A stretch of DNA of 64,000 bases from contig CM120642.1 in the NCBI GenBank assembly GCA_051362555.1, positions 31,248,001-31,312,000 on the forward strand, written 5' to 3'. Positions 1 to 14,119 of the stretch are shown here, piece by piece; position 1 is the stretch's first letter; each line of letters begins with the position of its first letter. The position numbers and the translations under genes were made by a program. This stretch comes from Lingula anatina (lineage: Eukaryota; Animalia; Brachiopoda). Under the pieces are notes generated by a model. The model was not told the origin of the DNA and made no database searches. It saw only the letters and a program-made list of their open reading frames with translations.

Positions 1-299
1 GTGGGAATATTATTTATAATTAGTAAAGCAGTTTAAAAAAAAAAAGAATTTAAAGTCAGTTCTTATCCCATATACCAGCAGCAATACAAATTTTAAATGA
101 ACTTAATTAAACTTATTATTTTATGTTGTGTTACTTTTAACCTGACTTGTATTAGGGGAAATTGGTCATTTTATCAACAGATCACATAGATTTTCATTTT
201 ATACTTGTGTATGGCCATAAATTATTGTTCTATCTTATCATTCTGCCTGTGATGTTTTTGCTGTACTGTAATAATCAGTATGTTTTTTTTTTCCATTAG

Positions 300-3200
300 G
301 CCACCATGCCAAGGTTTTCCATGTCAAATGGTCCCCTCTGAGAGAGGGAATTCTATGCAGCGGCTCTGATGACAGGTAACCGAATATTTAAAAAAAAATC
401 CTATAGGTACCATCTGTCTACATAGATCAACCTATAAATATTGATTTTTAACAAGGATGATGAAGTGTATTTTTCACTACCAAGTAACTGCCCACTTTGC
501 CCTTTAACAACATATTTTGTTCTTTGTATCTCTGCAGATAAAACAAAAAGCATAGTAATTATATACAATTGTCATATACAAATGAAAAGAAAAAAGGAAA
601 GAGGTATTCACATTCTGACTTGCTATTTTCCAGCACTATTAGAATCTGGGACTATACCCAAGATTCCTGCATTAGTGTTTTGAGTGGTCACAAAGCACCA
701 GTTCGTGGATTACTGTGGAACACAGAAATTCCATATCTGCTGATCTCTGGGAGCTGGGACTACTCTATATGTATCTGGGATATAAGAGATGGAGCCTGTG
801 TAGATACCATTCTGGACCATGGAGCAGATGTATATGGTGAGAAGCATACATATAACTGCTGCCAGTTTCTTACACAACTCATGTAAAGCCCCCCCCCCCA
901 CCCCCCACCCCCACCCCCAAAAATGTGAATTGAAACTGCACCTTCTTCAAATTTCTTGTCAAGAACTTGACATATTTATCCATCCCTCCAGTTTGTGATA
1001 AAGCACAATGTGAAACAAAAAAAAACAATGAAACAAAACTCTGTGGTCTTTCTTTACATTATACTATTTGAAACTATAAAGTGGTATTTGGTCATGTTAA
1101 GTGGCAAAAATTTCACACGTTTACTTGCTTTAATATGCTCTTTTAACAATAAACCCATAGGCATCTAAAAAATTGCATATGTAATTTTTTTCTCTCTGTG
1201 TCACAGTGGTAACATTTCTCAATTTCCAGGCTTGACATGCCATCCATCTCGTCCCTTTGTCCTTGCGTCGTGCTCGCGAGACTCCACGCTGCGCATCTGG
1301 TCACTTCTACCCCATGTCCAGCCCCTTCAAGTGACCGTCTTGGCCAAGAGACCCTGGTCTGAGGTCTTTGGGACTGTGGGTAGGTGCTTTAATTGACAAT
1401 CGAAAAATCTCCAAGAACTAATGTAATATTAGTATTTTTCTGTAAGTGCAAAAAACATTGGGATGCTGTAAAACTTAGGGCTATTATAGCAAGATGTTAT
1501 TTATTATTATTTTTTTAAATTTAATTTAATTAATTAATTTATTTATTTATTTTTCGAGGTAGATTTTCTACTACTTATTGAATAGAAGTATTCATTTGTC
1601 ATTTTATTTGGACAGAACCAAAATCAAAATAAATATAAGCAAAAACTATATAATGTGTGTGCTGGAGCCCAGGAAGAAGACTCCTATAAAACAAATCCAA
1701 ACCTCTAAGTGCTGATAATAATCAAAGTGTTGTCCTCACATTATTCATCAAACTACTCCATGTGCATTACAGTATTGAACACAATAGCATTGTGTGAAGA
1801 TAATTAGCATAATTTTATTACACACTGATGTTACATCTAGAAAATAGGTCAAACAGAAATATTTAGATAAACATATGTAAGGACTTTCAAGGTTTATATC
1901 GAGTCACCATGATATAGATCTTTAAGAAAAAAATATATATGAATAAATAAATAAATAAATATATAAATAAATGATGCATCTGTGTAAGTCTACTATAAAG
2001 ATGTAACATCCTATCCAAGTTTTTGGCCTCTAGGCCTTCTTCAGGGATTTGAAAAAAAAAATATAAGGATTTTCAAATTACTGTGTTGTTATTTAATCTC
2101 ACTGGCTGTTGCAGAACTTGGGTCAACTCCAGGTACTTCACCGTTGCTGACAGGCAAGGCTTCCAGAGATTTAAAACTTTCTATAGATGAACTCCAGGGT
2201 GATATACATGCCAAAACACTTAGACTTTTCTCTGAGTTCTTCATGGTAAGAAATTCTGAGCTTTTTTTTTTTTTTTAGAATTGTTTTTTTTAATAAAAAT
2301 CTTAAAGAAACTTGTACAATTTTTTTTAAAGTTCAGAATCTGCAGATGTTTTTGAAGTAAATAGGTTTAATTAAGACCATAAAATATATTGTAATGCATT
2401 ACTCAACATTATTGTGAAAGTCTAAAAGCATGATGGCAATTTTCACCATAGCTCTTTTGTCAGTGCATTGTACATATCAATACGTATTCAATATACGTCC
2501 TTGTTTTTTGCCACCATGAAACCTTCATCACTGTAGTCGTAGAAAGGAGGCACAAGCGTCACTTTGGTTGCAGAATGAATGCTCAATAATTGTCTAGTTG
2601 TGGGCATGTAAATATTTGGCGAACCAACGAGCCCAAAAACACAACTTCCTTGGTGGAGATATAATATTGATAAATGGTACTTAGTTTATTGTGTAATACA
2701 CATGACATGCCCTGGATATTTGTCTTCTAGCACCCTGGGGAAACTCAGAACCTGTGGGAGCTGATATCTGTGATACAAGGCGTGGATGACATCATGCTGT
2801 CATCAACATACAAGAAGGGGATAATGCATGTTAAACATCTAGTCCAACATAAGGGGGTAAGTACAGTTAATGTGGGGATGATTCCCATACTCTATTGTAC
2901 TAGCAGGATTGGTCTATCTCCAAGGGGTTTCTCACTACATTGCATTTAGTTTAAGTATGCACGAAAGTTAATTACCCCCCTAGCACCTTCAGTGGGTGTG
3001 ACAGACATTTAAGCCACTTAAACTGAATGCAATTCAGCGAGAATCCCCTTCATAGTTACATCGATCTTGCTATTATGATAGGTTTATGGGAACCCAGTCA
3101 TTGTCTACTTAAAATGTGAGAGATTCAGTCTGTGGGTCTCAGAGTACTTCAACATCAGGTCATCACACATTTGATCTGTGATTTGTATGGTTGTGTTTTT

Positions 3201-3669
3201 CAATCAGTCTTAATTGGTTTAACACATATATATATTATCATGAAGGCTTTGGCATAACAGTGATGTACTCTGTGTATTGTAATATGAATAGTGACCAATG
3301 CTAGTTTATCTATAATGAAGCTAGTTTTACAGACATAATACATCTAATCATACATTTTTTTACACTGGGAACTATAAGCTTATAAGCATCAGCTGCCACA
3401 ACATAATTTTGATTTTCCTTCATTTTGTTGCTTAGTTTATTAAAATCAATTAATTGCCTTAATTCCAGTCTGTTGCTCAAGAACTTCAGCTGTTCAAGAT
3501 GGCCAAGTCTAGTGCCGAGACTGGGTCAGGAACACGCGAGAAGAAGCTCCAAGAGGCGGCGCAGATCTATATCCGCATTGGCAACATTCAGCAATACTGT
3601 GAGGCTATGGTGGAGCTGGGTAAGGTGGGTAGACAAAATATTATGAAATTTATTTTTAAAATAAAGTAT

Positions 3670-3708
<39 letters not shown>

Positions 3709-5574
3709 TAAGAAAGCAAGGAGTATAAGATAAAGAACAGCATGTGTATGAAATTTAGGAAAAATGAGCCATTTCAAGAGTAAAATTTCTTCATTTCAGT
3801 GGGAAAAAGCATTGTCAGTTGCCCCTGGTGTATCTTTAGAATACTGGAAGTCACTGGCTGAGAGGTGAGGATGATATGAAAAAAAATGCTGCCAGCATTT
3901 CAATAATCAGGTTTAATTAAGGTGCACATAAGACTGTCCCTAAAAGCATTTCAAGTGATTAAGATTTCTCTTAGGAAAGACTGTCTGAAAACTGTTCTTC
4001 AGTAATTGGGTTTATTTTAGCTAAAACTGTCTCTGATAATTTTCTATTCTGAATACTGTACCTCAGTAATTGGGTTTATTTAGATTAAGACTGTTTCTCA
4101 TGTAGTGTTTCAAGTAATTGGCTGGGAGTTTATTTTAGCGAAGACTGTCTCTGATAATACTCTATTAAAAAAACTGCACCTCAGTAATTGGGTTAATTTA
4201 GGTTAAGTCTGTCTCAGATACCACTTAAAGTAATTATTATACGGTAAGAATCCTCTCATAACATTTTGAGTAATTGGGGTTTATTTTAGCCAAGACTGTC
4301 TCTGATAGCATTCCTTGTTATCAGATTATTTCAGTGGAGACTGTTATATAACAAGTAAAACTACCTTTAGCCAGTCTGATCCCTTACAAGTCAACATGGT
4401 CATTTGGGAAGCTTTTTGGCTTTAGATTGCCTTCTTGTGGTTATGAATAGACAGGCTTTCTATGGTCATGAATAGACTGGATTTCCAAACCTACATCGAT
4501 CTAACAGGATCGATCCATCTTGGAGGGATATCTCTCTAAATTGCTTTCAGATTACGCCACTCAGATGTCTGGCGCACCTACTGAAGCTGCTAAACAATAA
4601 TTAATTACCCTTAGCAGCTTCAGTAGGAGTGCCAGACATGTAAGCCGCTGAAGCTGATAGCAATCTAGTAAGAATCCCCTCTAAGTTAGACCGATCCACA
4701 GTTAGTACAATAGGGTCTGGGAATGGTCCCATAGATTGTCTGCCTGTGATCACAACTTGTCTGGTGAGATAATGCCTTAGGGCCTGTTCAGAACCAGTTG
4801 ATCCACGGACAAACTAGTCCACAGAGTAAATATGTCATGGCCCACTGGAAAGCATGCTGAGATTTATTTGGCAGGAATCCATTTATAACTGTGTGCCATA
4901 TTTGATCAGTAGACTAGTCTTAAAATATTAAGCTTTTTCTCTCCAACCAAGGAAAAATGTTCTACAAAACTATAATTTTTATCTGTCAGATATGCACGCT
5001 TTCTAACACTAGAAGACAATGATGATGTCATCCCTTTCAACATGGCCACAGGGCAGGCGGAGGAACTAGTCAAATATTTCACCAGTAGGGGGCAGTTCCA
5101 TGACGCTGTTCTAGTTGCCCAGGTGGCCTGTGAGAATATTCTTCCTACCTTTGAGCAGAAGAATCGGAGGTCCATGAACCATGTGAATAGGTCAAAGGAG
5201 AATGGTGGGAAGGATTTGACCAGGTGGGGAAAGTTTGTTTTATATTACAAAAGCAAGTTGCCTTATTTGTTGTTCATAACTGTTGATTTAATACCTCAAT
5301 GCCATTGCCTTTCAAGATAACATAATGATGTCATCAAACATCTGATTGGTCATAAAATGTGTCCTTTTCTCTGATTGGTCATAAAGTATGTATGATATTT
5401 TAAGGCCAGTAATGTATATGAAAATACAGAATGTTTCAAATAGTATAATTTTCACCTCTGATAATGGGGGTATAACAGAATTCTCATTACATTTAAATAT
5501 TAACCTATCTCAATATGGTACCTATGTAATTGTTTGGTCATAGCCTTTGTAAAATTGTGCTAGAACTAATAAAG

Positions 5575-5659
<85 letters not shown>

Positions 5660-8600
5660 GAATCAGCTGCTATGGCCTCTCAGTATTTTGTTCGGTGGTG
5701 CGACAGAATCAGTCAGTAATAAGTTCTATCATACCTCTGAGTTATAGATATAAGATAAAAAACTGTGCTGATTACATGATAATGTCTTCATTTGTCCTCA
5801 GTCTCCTGCAAAGTGTATCTAACACACTGGCAGACTGGCACTTCAGGAATGGAGCTCCAATCAGGGCTGCCTGCTGTCACCTGGCGGTAGGGGATTGCCA
5901 TGTAAGTAACTATAGGGGGCACCTTAACACAATATGCTATTTACATAAATGGGGTAGACATTCAAATGATACAACTCAAGTTAAACAGGACCCCTCATTC
6001 CCATCTAACTCTTACAAAAAATTACTTTAGGTCATCCCTGTGGGACTCTAGAGATTCTGTCAGATGTCCTATAGGATTCATATCTAGGATATATGTCCTA
6101 TAGGATTTTGGGCCAATTTTCCAATAAGACCCTATAGGATATTTTTTTAAGAGTGTAGTCTCTCTCACTGAAGCTTCCTATACTACCAGACAGCTATGCA
6201 AGAGGATATTGTTACAATTAATTTTATGGTAAATAAGCATCTTGTGTAAGGTGATTGTTTGTAAGAGGGCATTACCATTGAGAAATGATTAGTGAGTGAA
6301 AGTGATTTATGTTGATCTTGTTATTAAGTATTTACATGAAGACTGACATGAAGAAACATTTGAATGGTTTTTAAGTGATGAAAATCATTTTACTGAGGAG
6401 TGCCAGGATGTCATGGGTCTGAAATTGATAATTACCTATTATTTTGTGTCTAAGTGGAGACTTCTGTTTCAGAGTGCCATGTCCAAGCTTATTCGAGGTA
6501 ATGCCCTGGAGCTGGCGGTGAGTGCTGGCACCGTGTTGAAGAACGTTCCCCAGCTCACAGAGGTCGCCACCGAGTATCTGTCTCGTAAATGTGAGAAGAT
6601 TGGAAGATGGTGAGTGTTCTTGTGTCACACCTAACGCAATGGGTTGGGTTCCTATGTCACACCTAACACAATGGGATGTGTTACTATCCTGCTTTCATAT
6701 TGGGCTTGGTTCTTAACATTTAACTAACAACTGGTTGCACATTTCATATTATGCCAGTTGCATTGAATTACATTTGAATCACAACTAGCACAGTTTGTTG
6801 TGCTGCCGCAGCCAATCTAATTTAAATGTAAAAGCTGATATTACAGGGGCGGATCCAGAGATATTTTCTGACAGTCTTCCAAATTATCTTTGTTAGTCCA
6901 TCCTCCATTTTTGACCGTCTTCCGACAGAAAAATTGTATACCTGTCAATGTAAACTTAAAAACCTGACTGTCTTCCGGAAGACCCAGAAGACGGCCTCAA
7001 TCTGCCCCTGTATTAACGTAACTAACAAATGACGTGAATTTTTTGAACTCTTCATTTTCAGTTTTCAAAACCATATGAATGAAGTACAATATATTATTTT
7101 ACGTTTTACCTCATTGTTGGAATTTTGTGTTTTCTTTTTTTCTTTGAACTTTTTTGCATAGGTTTGGATTTGATGGAAGGTATATATTATGATACATGTA
7201 GATCAAGTCTTCTTTGTAATTATGATTTTTGTGGCATGTTCTTTATCCCTGCAATGGATTGCTCTACCCTGATGCATGTCAAATTTGGTCTGTTATTTGT
7301 TCATGTACAAATGTGGATGGCCATGCATTAGTATTAGTAATATATAGTGGAATAGTTTTGGCAACTTGACTTCACTTTGCCTTTTTATAATGTACTTGTT
7401 TCTGAAATATTGACTTTCAGCATGCTTTCATGTTATAAATATTTCCTCTCTGTGTGATAACAACTAGGAGTGTTTCTGGACTGTGGCACTGCTTCTGGCA
7501 AAGAAAAACGCAAAATCTGCACAGTTGTTCTTTGCTGTGTTTTTCTAGTTTATTCACAGGTACATTCAGAATTATACAAATCTTGAATTAGAAGTAGACT
7601 AATTAACTGGCATCAGCAGATTAAAAAAAAACACACACAAAAGAACACCATAGATTCTTAAAACCCTATGTTGGAGGCTCTGTTTAGGCTATACTGTTAA
7701 GATATAACACTCAATATGAAAAGGCCTAAAAGATCTGATAGCCTTTAGTTAGACTATTTCTGGTTTACCTGAGAGCAGTACTAAATGGGCTTTCAGATAC
7801 CACAGAGCAGTAATTTAATAGATAAAACATTATTTTTACTGGCACTTATGTTGAAAGTGGCAGTTGAATGTACTGACACATGGTTTAAGGGACCATTAAA
7901 GTCCTTTGTAAAAAAATATTTTTGTGATATTTTCATGAATAGTATCCAGACAAGGTAGTGTTAAGAATTGTTCAATTGTACAGCTTATTATTTAACACCA
8001 CAGTGCAAATGATAAAAAAAAAAAGACATGGTTGTTTGGCAATGTGTTTGCATGTTTAACTTTTTTTGTTTGTTTTTTTCCTCTAGGGATTTGGCCATAG
8101 ATCTTTTGAAGACTATTCCTGATAATGATCTGCCAGTCATCAAGTTATGTGCCAGATATGTGGAGAGTGCTACAGAGATCAACAGCCTGCACCAGAAGGT
8201 ACTTGTATGGATAGAATATAATGCACTACATCAGGCCCGTAGCCAGGGGGGGTTCGGGGGGTTCGAAAGAACTGCCCCTTTTGCTGGAAAAAGGTCCACT
8301 CTGGGTAAAATTTGATCTACGTAGGTACATCAAGTTTTTATGGGAAAAGGTCCACTTTTTCAGAAAAAGAACCCCCCTTTTGAAATTGCTGGCTATGGGC
8401 CTGTACATACATAGCTTTACAAGTACAAGATCTATCTTTTGGACATGGTATTGACCAATAAAACTGCCGAGATGTAATGAGGCATGAAAAAAATTTGTGT
8501 ATGTGTATTTTTCTATACCAGTAGAAGTGTGTGTGTGTATGTGCATGCATGCATGCGTGCTTGTGTGTGTGTAAGGAGGAGAGAAAGAAAGAGAGAGCAT

Positions 8601-11517
8601 ATGCATGTGTTTGGAGGTGTTCATGCTATTGTGGGAGGGTGGGGTACCCAAACAGAAAATAAAGAGTGATGTTTTTTAGGTTTGGATTATGCTGGTAATT
8701 GAATGATTCTAAAGCAGTAACTTGTACACATATATGGGTCTTTATACATGCTCCTCTATTGATTGTGGATTTATTTTATATATAATTCCAGGCAGGTCTT
8801 CCAAGTATGGAGGAATGTGAGAGTAAAGCCAAGAAACTGAAAGAGGAGGGGAAGATTCTAGAAAGTGTCAAATACTACCTGCTCTCCCCAACTCCTGAGA
8901 CAGGACTACAGGTTGGGCTGACATTTGTCAAAGGTAAAGAGAACACAAATTACATAATATTTGTACAAAGTTATCTGGCCAGAAATATCACTAGATCTTA
9001 AACTGCCATGAAATAAGATTCTGTGCAAGATTCAAGGCAAGATAGGCTGCTGAATGTACTTAAATTTCTGACCTGTCCTCTCAGTACATCTTAGTTCAAG
9101 CATATGATAGCAGTGCAAAATGTCCATCTCCATCGTTTTTTCCCCCAGAGGTGCTCCAGAATCCCTCCTGGCGAGTGGATGATGTGTTCCCTATGCTGGA
9201 GATACTGGGCTGTGTAAAAATTAACAAAGTACAACAAGCAAAATGTGCTAAGTAAGTATTTCAGCACTGAAAGTGAATTGTTTTTGTCAAATAAGATAAA
9301 TATCATGAATTTTCAGCATTATGACTTTAAAAAGTCTAAATTTAGAGGTTAGACAAATATAATTTTTAATTAGGTAACAGTATTTTATTTATTTATTTAT
9401 TTATTTTATTGTGTGCGTGAGTGTTTTAGGGCTTATGGGCTTTTTTTTTCTTTTTATCAGATTGTAAATGCACATTACTGTAGAGGCCAAAATTATACTG
9501 TTTATCTTTTGCTCTACATTTTATCCAAATCAAAGGTGAAAAGGCAAGAAGTAATTTATGTATGAAATTCCTGTTTATTTTCCAGACTTTGTCAAGAACT
9601 GCTGATTTTATCTGCTTACATAGGGGCACTGGTGGCCGTAAGGCGCCAGTATACACCTGTTGTCATTCCACTGCTGAGACATGCCAAGTAAGTGCATAAT
9701 AGCTTCTTCATTTACAGGCCCGTAGCCAGCAATTTCAAAGTTTTTTTGTTTTTTTTTTCTGAAAAAGTGGACCTTTTTCTATAAAAACTTCATGTACCTA
9801 GATCAAATTTTACCCATAGTGGACCTTTTCCCAGCAAAAAGGGCGGTTTGTTTCGAACCCCCCCGAACCCCCCCTGGCTACGGGCATGATTTACTTACCA
9901 GTTTGAACTAGACTCGAAGCAGGGTTCTCAAGATCTAAATTTTGAAATACATAGACGGTTTTGTGTTGTAGTTGTTGTTAGTTTTTAATGATGACTCGTT
10001 ATTTGACCATACTACCTGTTTAAAACTAATTAAAAAGCTTTTGGTTTCCTTTCAATTGAAGCCAATTAAGTATTTTTTTGTCACAACAAACATAATGGAT
10101 TATGTTCCTGTGTCACAACAAACACAATGCACTGTATTCCCTTATGTAATGACAAACACATTGGATTGTTCCTGTGTCACAACAAACACATTGGATTGTT
10201 CCTGTGTCACAACAATCACATTGGAGTGTGTTTCTGTGTCACAACAACCACAATGCATGTGTTCCTTTGTCACAACCATCTCAATGGAATGTGTGTTCCT
10301 TTGTCACAACCACCACAATGGAGGGTTCCTGTGTCACAACAAACACATTGGAGTGTGTTTCTGTGTCACAACAACCACAATGCATGTGTTCCTTTGTCAC
10401 TACCACCACAATGGAGGGTTCCTGTGTCACAACAAACACATTGGAGCGTGTTTTAACACACTGGAAAAATTGTGCCATCTTTCTACAAGATGGCTCATGT
10501 TCACACTCATAGAGGTTCACTTTTTTTAGATATTTGAAATTTTTACCAGATTCCTACTAGAACAAGGAGACCAGTGTGACCTGCCGCTGACCACATTCAG
10601 GATACAAGAAGAACTGGAAGCCTGCAAGGCACACCAGACTGCAAACAAGTTAGTTATTCATGTCCAAAAAGTATAACATTAAAAAGAAATTAAAAAGTGC
10701 TAATAATTTGATTTATGATTTAAGTTGACAAAGTGTTTTATTAATTTCTTTTGTGCATTGTCAGATAGTATATAGTGATGTTTTATAAAATTATAAATGG
10801 AAAAAAACAAGATAGACAATCTATTGTAACATATACATTTGAGCAGTTATGCACATTCCATGATGTGTGTATAGACATGGAAAAAGAGCCATGATATTGA
10901 AAGGAAGAGATTTTTTATACATGAATTCCACCCCAGTTTTTCAGTACTTAATCCTAACCCCATTTTCATTTCTCTGCTCTTCAGCAGGACAAATGCCGAT
11001 TCCTCATCTCCGTCCTCTGATCATCAGACCATCTATGCTGCACTGTTGGAGAAGTGTGGGGAGGAGACGCACCCCGTGGGGGTGGGGGAGGACAGGGTGA
11101 CAGGGTGTCAGCTACCAAGCCATTCTGATGTACACTTGTCTTATTTTGATAATAAGAGAATACAGGTAATTGTACTGGTCATGGAAACTGTGGTGAAAAG
11201 CGCAGCGTGGAAATTGCTAAATAACAAAAGAATGGATAGATTTAATAAGTTCATTATTATATAGAGATTTTATGTAACTTACTTAAAACCAAGCACAGCA
11301 TATTCTAAGTGTGTTGTTTTCATTATTATTTTTCCAAAAACCAGTTTCTGTAACTATTTGTCCAAAATTATATTAAGTCATTTTTCTTTTTTCCTCACAG
11401 GGTCCAGCATTCTTCTTAGAAGATGGGAAGTCAGCAATATCCATCAACCATGCACTCATGTGGGCCAAAGTAAACCCCTTCTCTCCCCTGGGAGTGGCTC
11501 ACCTTAACCCCTTCTGA
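300..11517 (+). CDS. WDR17: WD repeat-containing protein 17, 3' part (17 exons; 5' end lies before the window)
   Basis: Exons with GT-AG sites and consistent phase: 300-375, 634-836, 1230-1379, 2115-2245, 2731-2856, 3469-3624, 3800-3864, 4990-5223, 5802-5901, 6473-6609, 8087-8198, 8792-8933, 9149-9251, 9586-9687, 10550-10648, 10985(or 10988)-11165, 11401-11517 (TGA). The translation GHHAKVFHVKWSPLREGILCSGSDD..IRIWDYTQD..GHKAPVRGLLWNTEIPYLLISGSWD..DHGADVYGLTCHPSRPF and the C-terminus FLEDGKSAISINHALMWAKVNPFSPLG..LNPF match WDR17 as I recall it. Confidence 0.95.
2875..3095. mobile_element. Palindromic MITE, family A, copy 1 (WDR17 intron)
   Basis: Long imperfect inverted arms (ggggtttctcactacattgcatttagtttaagt / acttaaactgaatgcaattcagcgagaatcccc). 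The core taattacccc..tagca.cttcagt recurs at about 4480-4730 and, reversed, at 31580-31803. Ends approximate. Confidence 0.65.
3905..4345. repeat. Degenerate tandem repeat with irregular units
   Basis: Recurring aagactgtctctgata and agtaattgggtttattttag motifs. Confidence 0.7.
4478..4730. mobile_element. Palindromic MITE, family A, copy 2
   Basis: Shares taattaccc.tagcagcttcagt..cagacat.taagcc and agaatcccct with 2875-3095, and has inverted arms. Ends approximate. Confidence 0.65.
5574..5658. repeat. (ATT)n microsatellite
   Basis: Read directly; one phase shift in the middle. Confidence 0.95.
6008..6155. mobile_element. Short MITE-like element with internal cctatagga repeats
   Basis: Inverted ends actctta(c)aaaaa / ttttttaagagt. 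Confidence 0.45.
6844..7010. mobile_element. MITE with CAGGGGC..GCCCCTG ends and a 5-bp target-site duplication
   Basis: TIR caggggcggat / atctgcccctg, flanked on both sides by TATTA (6839-6843, 7011-7015). Confidence 0.8.
8232..8403 (+). mobile_element. MITE family B, copy 1
   Basis: TIR caggcccgtagccag / ctggctatgggcctg, with 5-bp direct repeat TACAT on both sides. Confidence 0.85.
9715..9888 (-). mobile_element. MITE family B, copy 2 (opposite orientation)
   Basis: Aligns throughout with the reverse complement of 8232-8403; 5-bp direct repeat ATTTA on both sides. Confidence 0.85.
10078..10450. repeat. Minisatellite, about 31-33 bp units (tgtcacaacaaacacattgga..)
   Basis: About 12 degenerate units anchored on tgtcaca, with a higher-order repeat of about 3 units at the right end. 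Confidence 0.9.
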
Positions 11518-14119
11518 TCATATGGGTCATTGTCAGACCATCCATAGGCATTGTTCAAAAAACCTTAATTAAGTCAAATATATTTCATAGACTTTATCTT
11601 GTATATGAAGCTATGGTCCAAAGTTAGTTTGAAGATTTGTTATTTTGACTGCATTTGCTCATATGCTCATATCTAAGAATTAAGTTTTACCCTCTCACTG
11701 ACATTATTGGATATAATTGAATATGCAACAAAATGGTGAATAATATTACATTTATGTAGTTTTTGTTTCAGTGTTATTGTAAGGGTTTGCTAGTGTATGG
11801 TTGTCTTAGATTGCATGGCACACTCAAACATATGTTTTTCAAAGATGAAGCTTGAACTCAGTATGTTAAACTTGTTATTGAATTCACTTGTGATATTACA
11901 TATTGTCCGTGGCAAGATTTTAATGCTAGCACATGCTTGTCACGTAAAAAAAAAAAAACAGCAGTGATGAACTGCAACATTATTTGATCATCTTATACAT
12001 CAAACAAACCTGAAGCTTTGTGTGTGAAAACTACCTTCAGTTTGACACCAGCGGTTGCATTGTCTTTCAGAACTGTTGAATTGAAAGAAAATGTTAATGT
12101 TATCAGTCAACAAATACCAATTTAGGCACGCTGGACAATACAAGTACTGATGTACAGCCATTGTGATATACTACCCAGTTATATTTGTTTGTAGGTTCAA
12201 AGTGACAGTATTTAGTCACAGGGAAGGCTAAAGAATCATGATATTGATAAAAAATACTTGTGTGTTTGTAACACTTGTGATGAGTTCAGATATTTTTTAT
12301 GAACAAAGAATTTGGGAGTTTTGGGTAAATGTTTTATATTATTCAACAGACAAAAATACAAACATTATGATAATGTTTCGTTTTTATATGTATTTTTTTT
12401 TTTCTTAATTAATTGTGTATCTTTCCAATCAAAAATAGCTTGATTTTGTATTTCCTTATTTTACACTTAAAGGATGTTCGGATTTTTAAAGGTAACAAGT
12501 AGAATTTTTACCTACATGTAAAACGTCATTTTATAAGTTGACGTACAACTTTGTACAGTTCAAAGACCCAAGACTGTGTTCTTCAAGTAATTAGATTGAT
12601 TTATTCCAAATTGATTTGTATTCAATGACCTATAATTGTATGCAATACTTACAACACTTTCAACTTTTAAGATCACCTTGAATTCTATTTATAATAATGA
12701 TAAACAAACAATTGAAGGACTTGATCAACAGTATTTGTGCTTATTGACATAGGCTCATAATGAAGAAAACTGGTAACAGGGCTACTTGAATTGAAAATGC
12801 TCTAAAAACACAATTGGATGCTTTTCTTTCAACAAATAGAAAAGCCATGTTCACAATGAGTACTTAAGTAATTGTACATGTGTCAAATGCTGCTTTAATG
12901 GAAAAATTCTTGTCATTGATTCTCCCGTCTGTGCTTTAAAGCAGTTTGAATTTCTAGAAAAATTGTGCATAAATGATTTTTTCGTGAACGCTTTATGTTT
13001 AGCTTTAGTGGTATTTGATATGGGTTTGGAAAACATTTAAGTTAAAAGTCCTCATGGTTGAGACTATGCACTCTGTCAAGGGTAATGCATTTATGAAGAA
13101 CATGTACAGTACATGATGGTACTAAAAAAACACCCAAGAAATAATTTATTACGACTTTCACAAACTTGAACTGTACTTGTTTTCTCAAGAAAACATATAA
13201 GTATGTTTTATCTTTCTGCGTCAGTTGGTATTGTTTTTGTTTTGTTTTGTTTTTTGCTTTTTTTTAGTGACTATTGGTAGTTTTTTATAATTTTGTCAGT
13301 GAACAGTTCTTTTGTCTGCAGTTACACAGCTACAAACTTGTGTTTTCCCACTATTAGGTTTACTCCATCACAGAGTTTTAATTTTTGTTGTAAAAATTCC
13401 TAGCATTTAACTGGAATTCTATTTTTATGTTTTTTTTAACCATTGCATATCTTTGAATTTGTGTCATTTGTTTCGTTTTCAGGCTAGGTAGTGTAACATT
13501 TACAAAGTAGAGCTAAGACATTTTATTATAATTATTGATATTAACATGAAATAAATTTAATATTAAAAGCATTTGTCAACTTGTGTTGTTCCAGCAATTA
13601 TTATTGGACATGGTGGATTAGTGCAGCATATTGCAAGTAACCTTGATACACCTCCGATTTCTGGGTTATCAGTAATCAAGCAATGATACCCGTTTTGCTT
13701 CTATTTCTGTATGGACTTGATTAAAATATGATCGGCTTTTGCTTTTAACTTTTGTCATCAATGCATGGAACAGGTATCGTGTCCGCAAGAATCCTTATTC
13801 TGCCTTTTTTTGTTCTCGTGAGTTCTTACAAACATATACAGTATGTACCAGTATTTTGTTATGACTGTCGCCAGTGGACTGAAGTACGTCATTTCTGTTT
13901 AACAGGACGTGGCCATTCTACACAACTAATAAAGCGTCGACATTCCCTTGGTTTATAGGCCTACTCATCGAGGCCTCAACGTAAACTAGACGGTCATTTT
14001 TCTACCGGTGATAAGATCTACATGTAGATCAAGATATTGTTTGGGCACACGCAAAATCTCAAAATTAGGCTCTATGTTCTCAGAATTTAGATTTTATTCT
14101 CCAGAATATTTTGACACAT

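Noticed and set aside
5530-6030. 166-aa ORF with poly-Ile/poly-Tyr
   Set aside because: Read-through of an (ATT)n microsatellite into WDR17 exon 5802-5901.
9972-10529. Overlapping Cys/His/Thr-rich ORFs in several frames
   Set aside because: Produced by the intronic minisatellite; open in multiple frames with no protein family signal.
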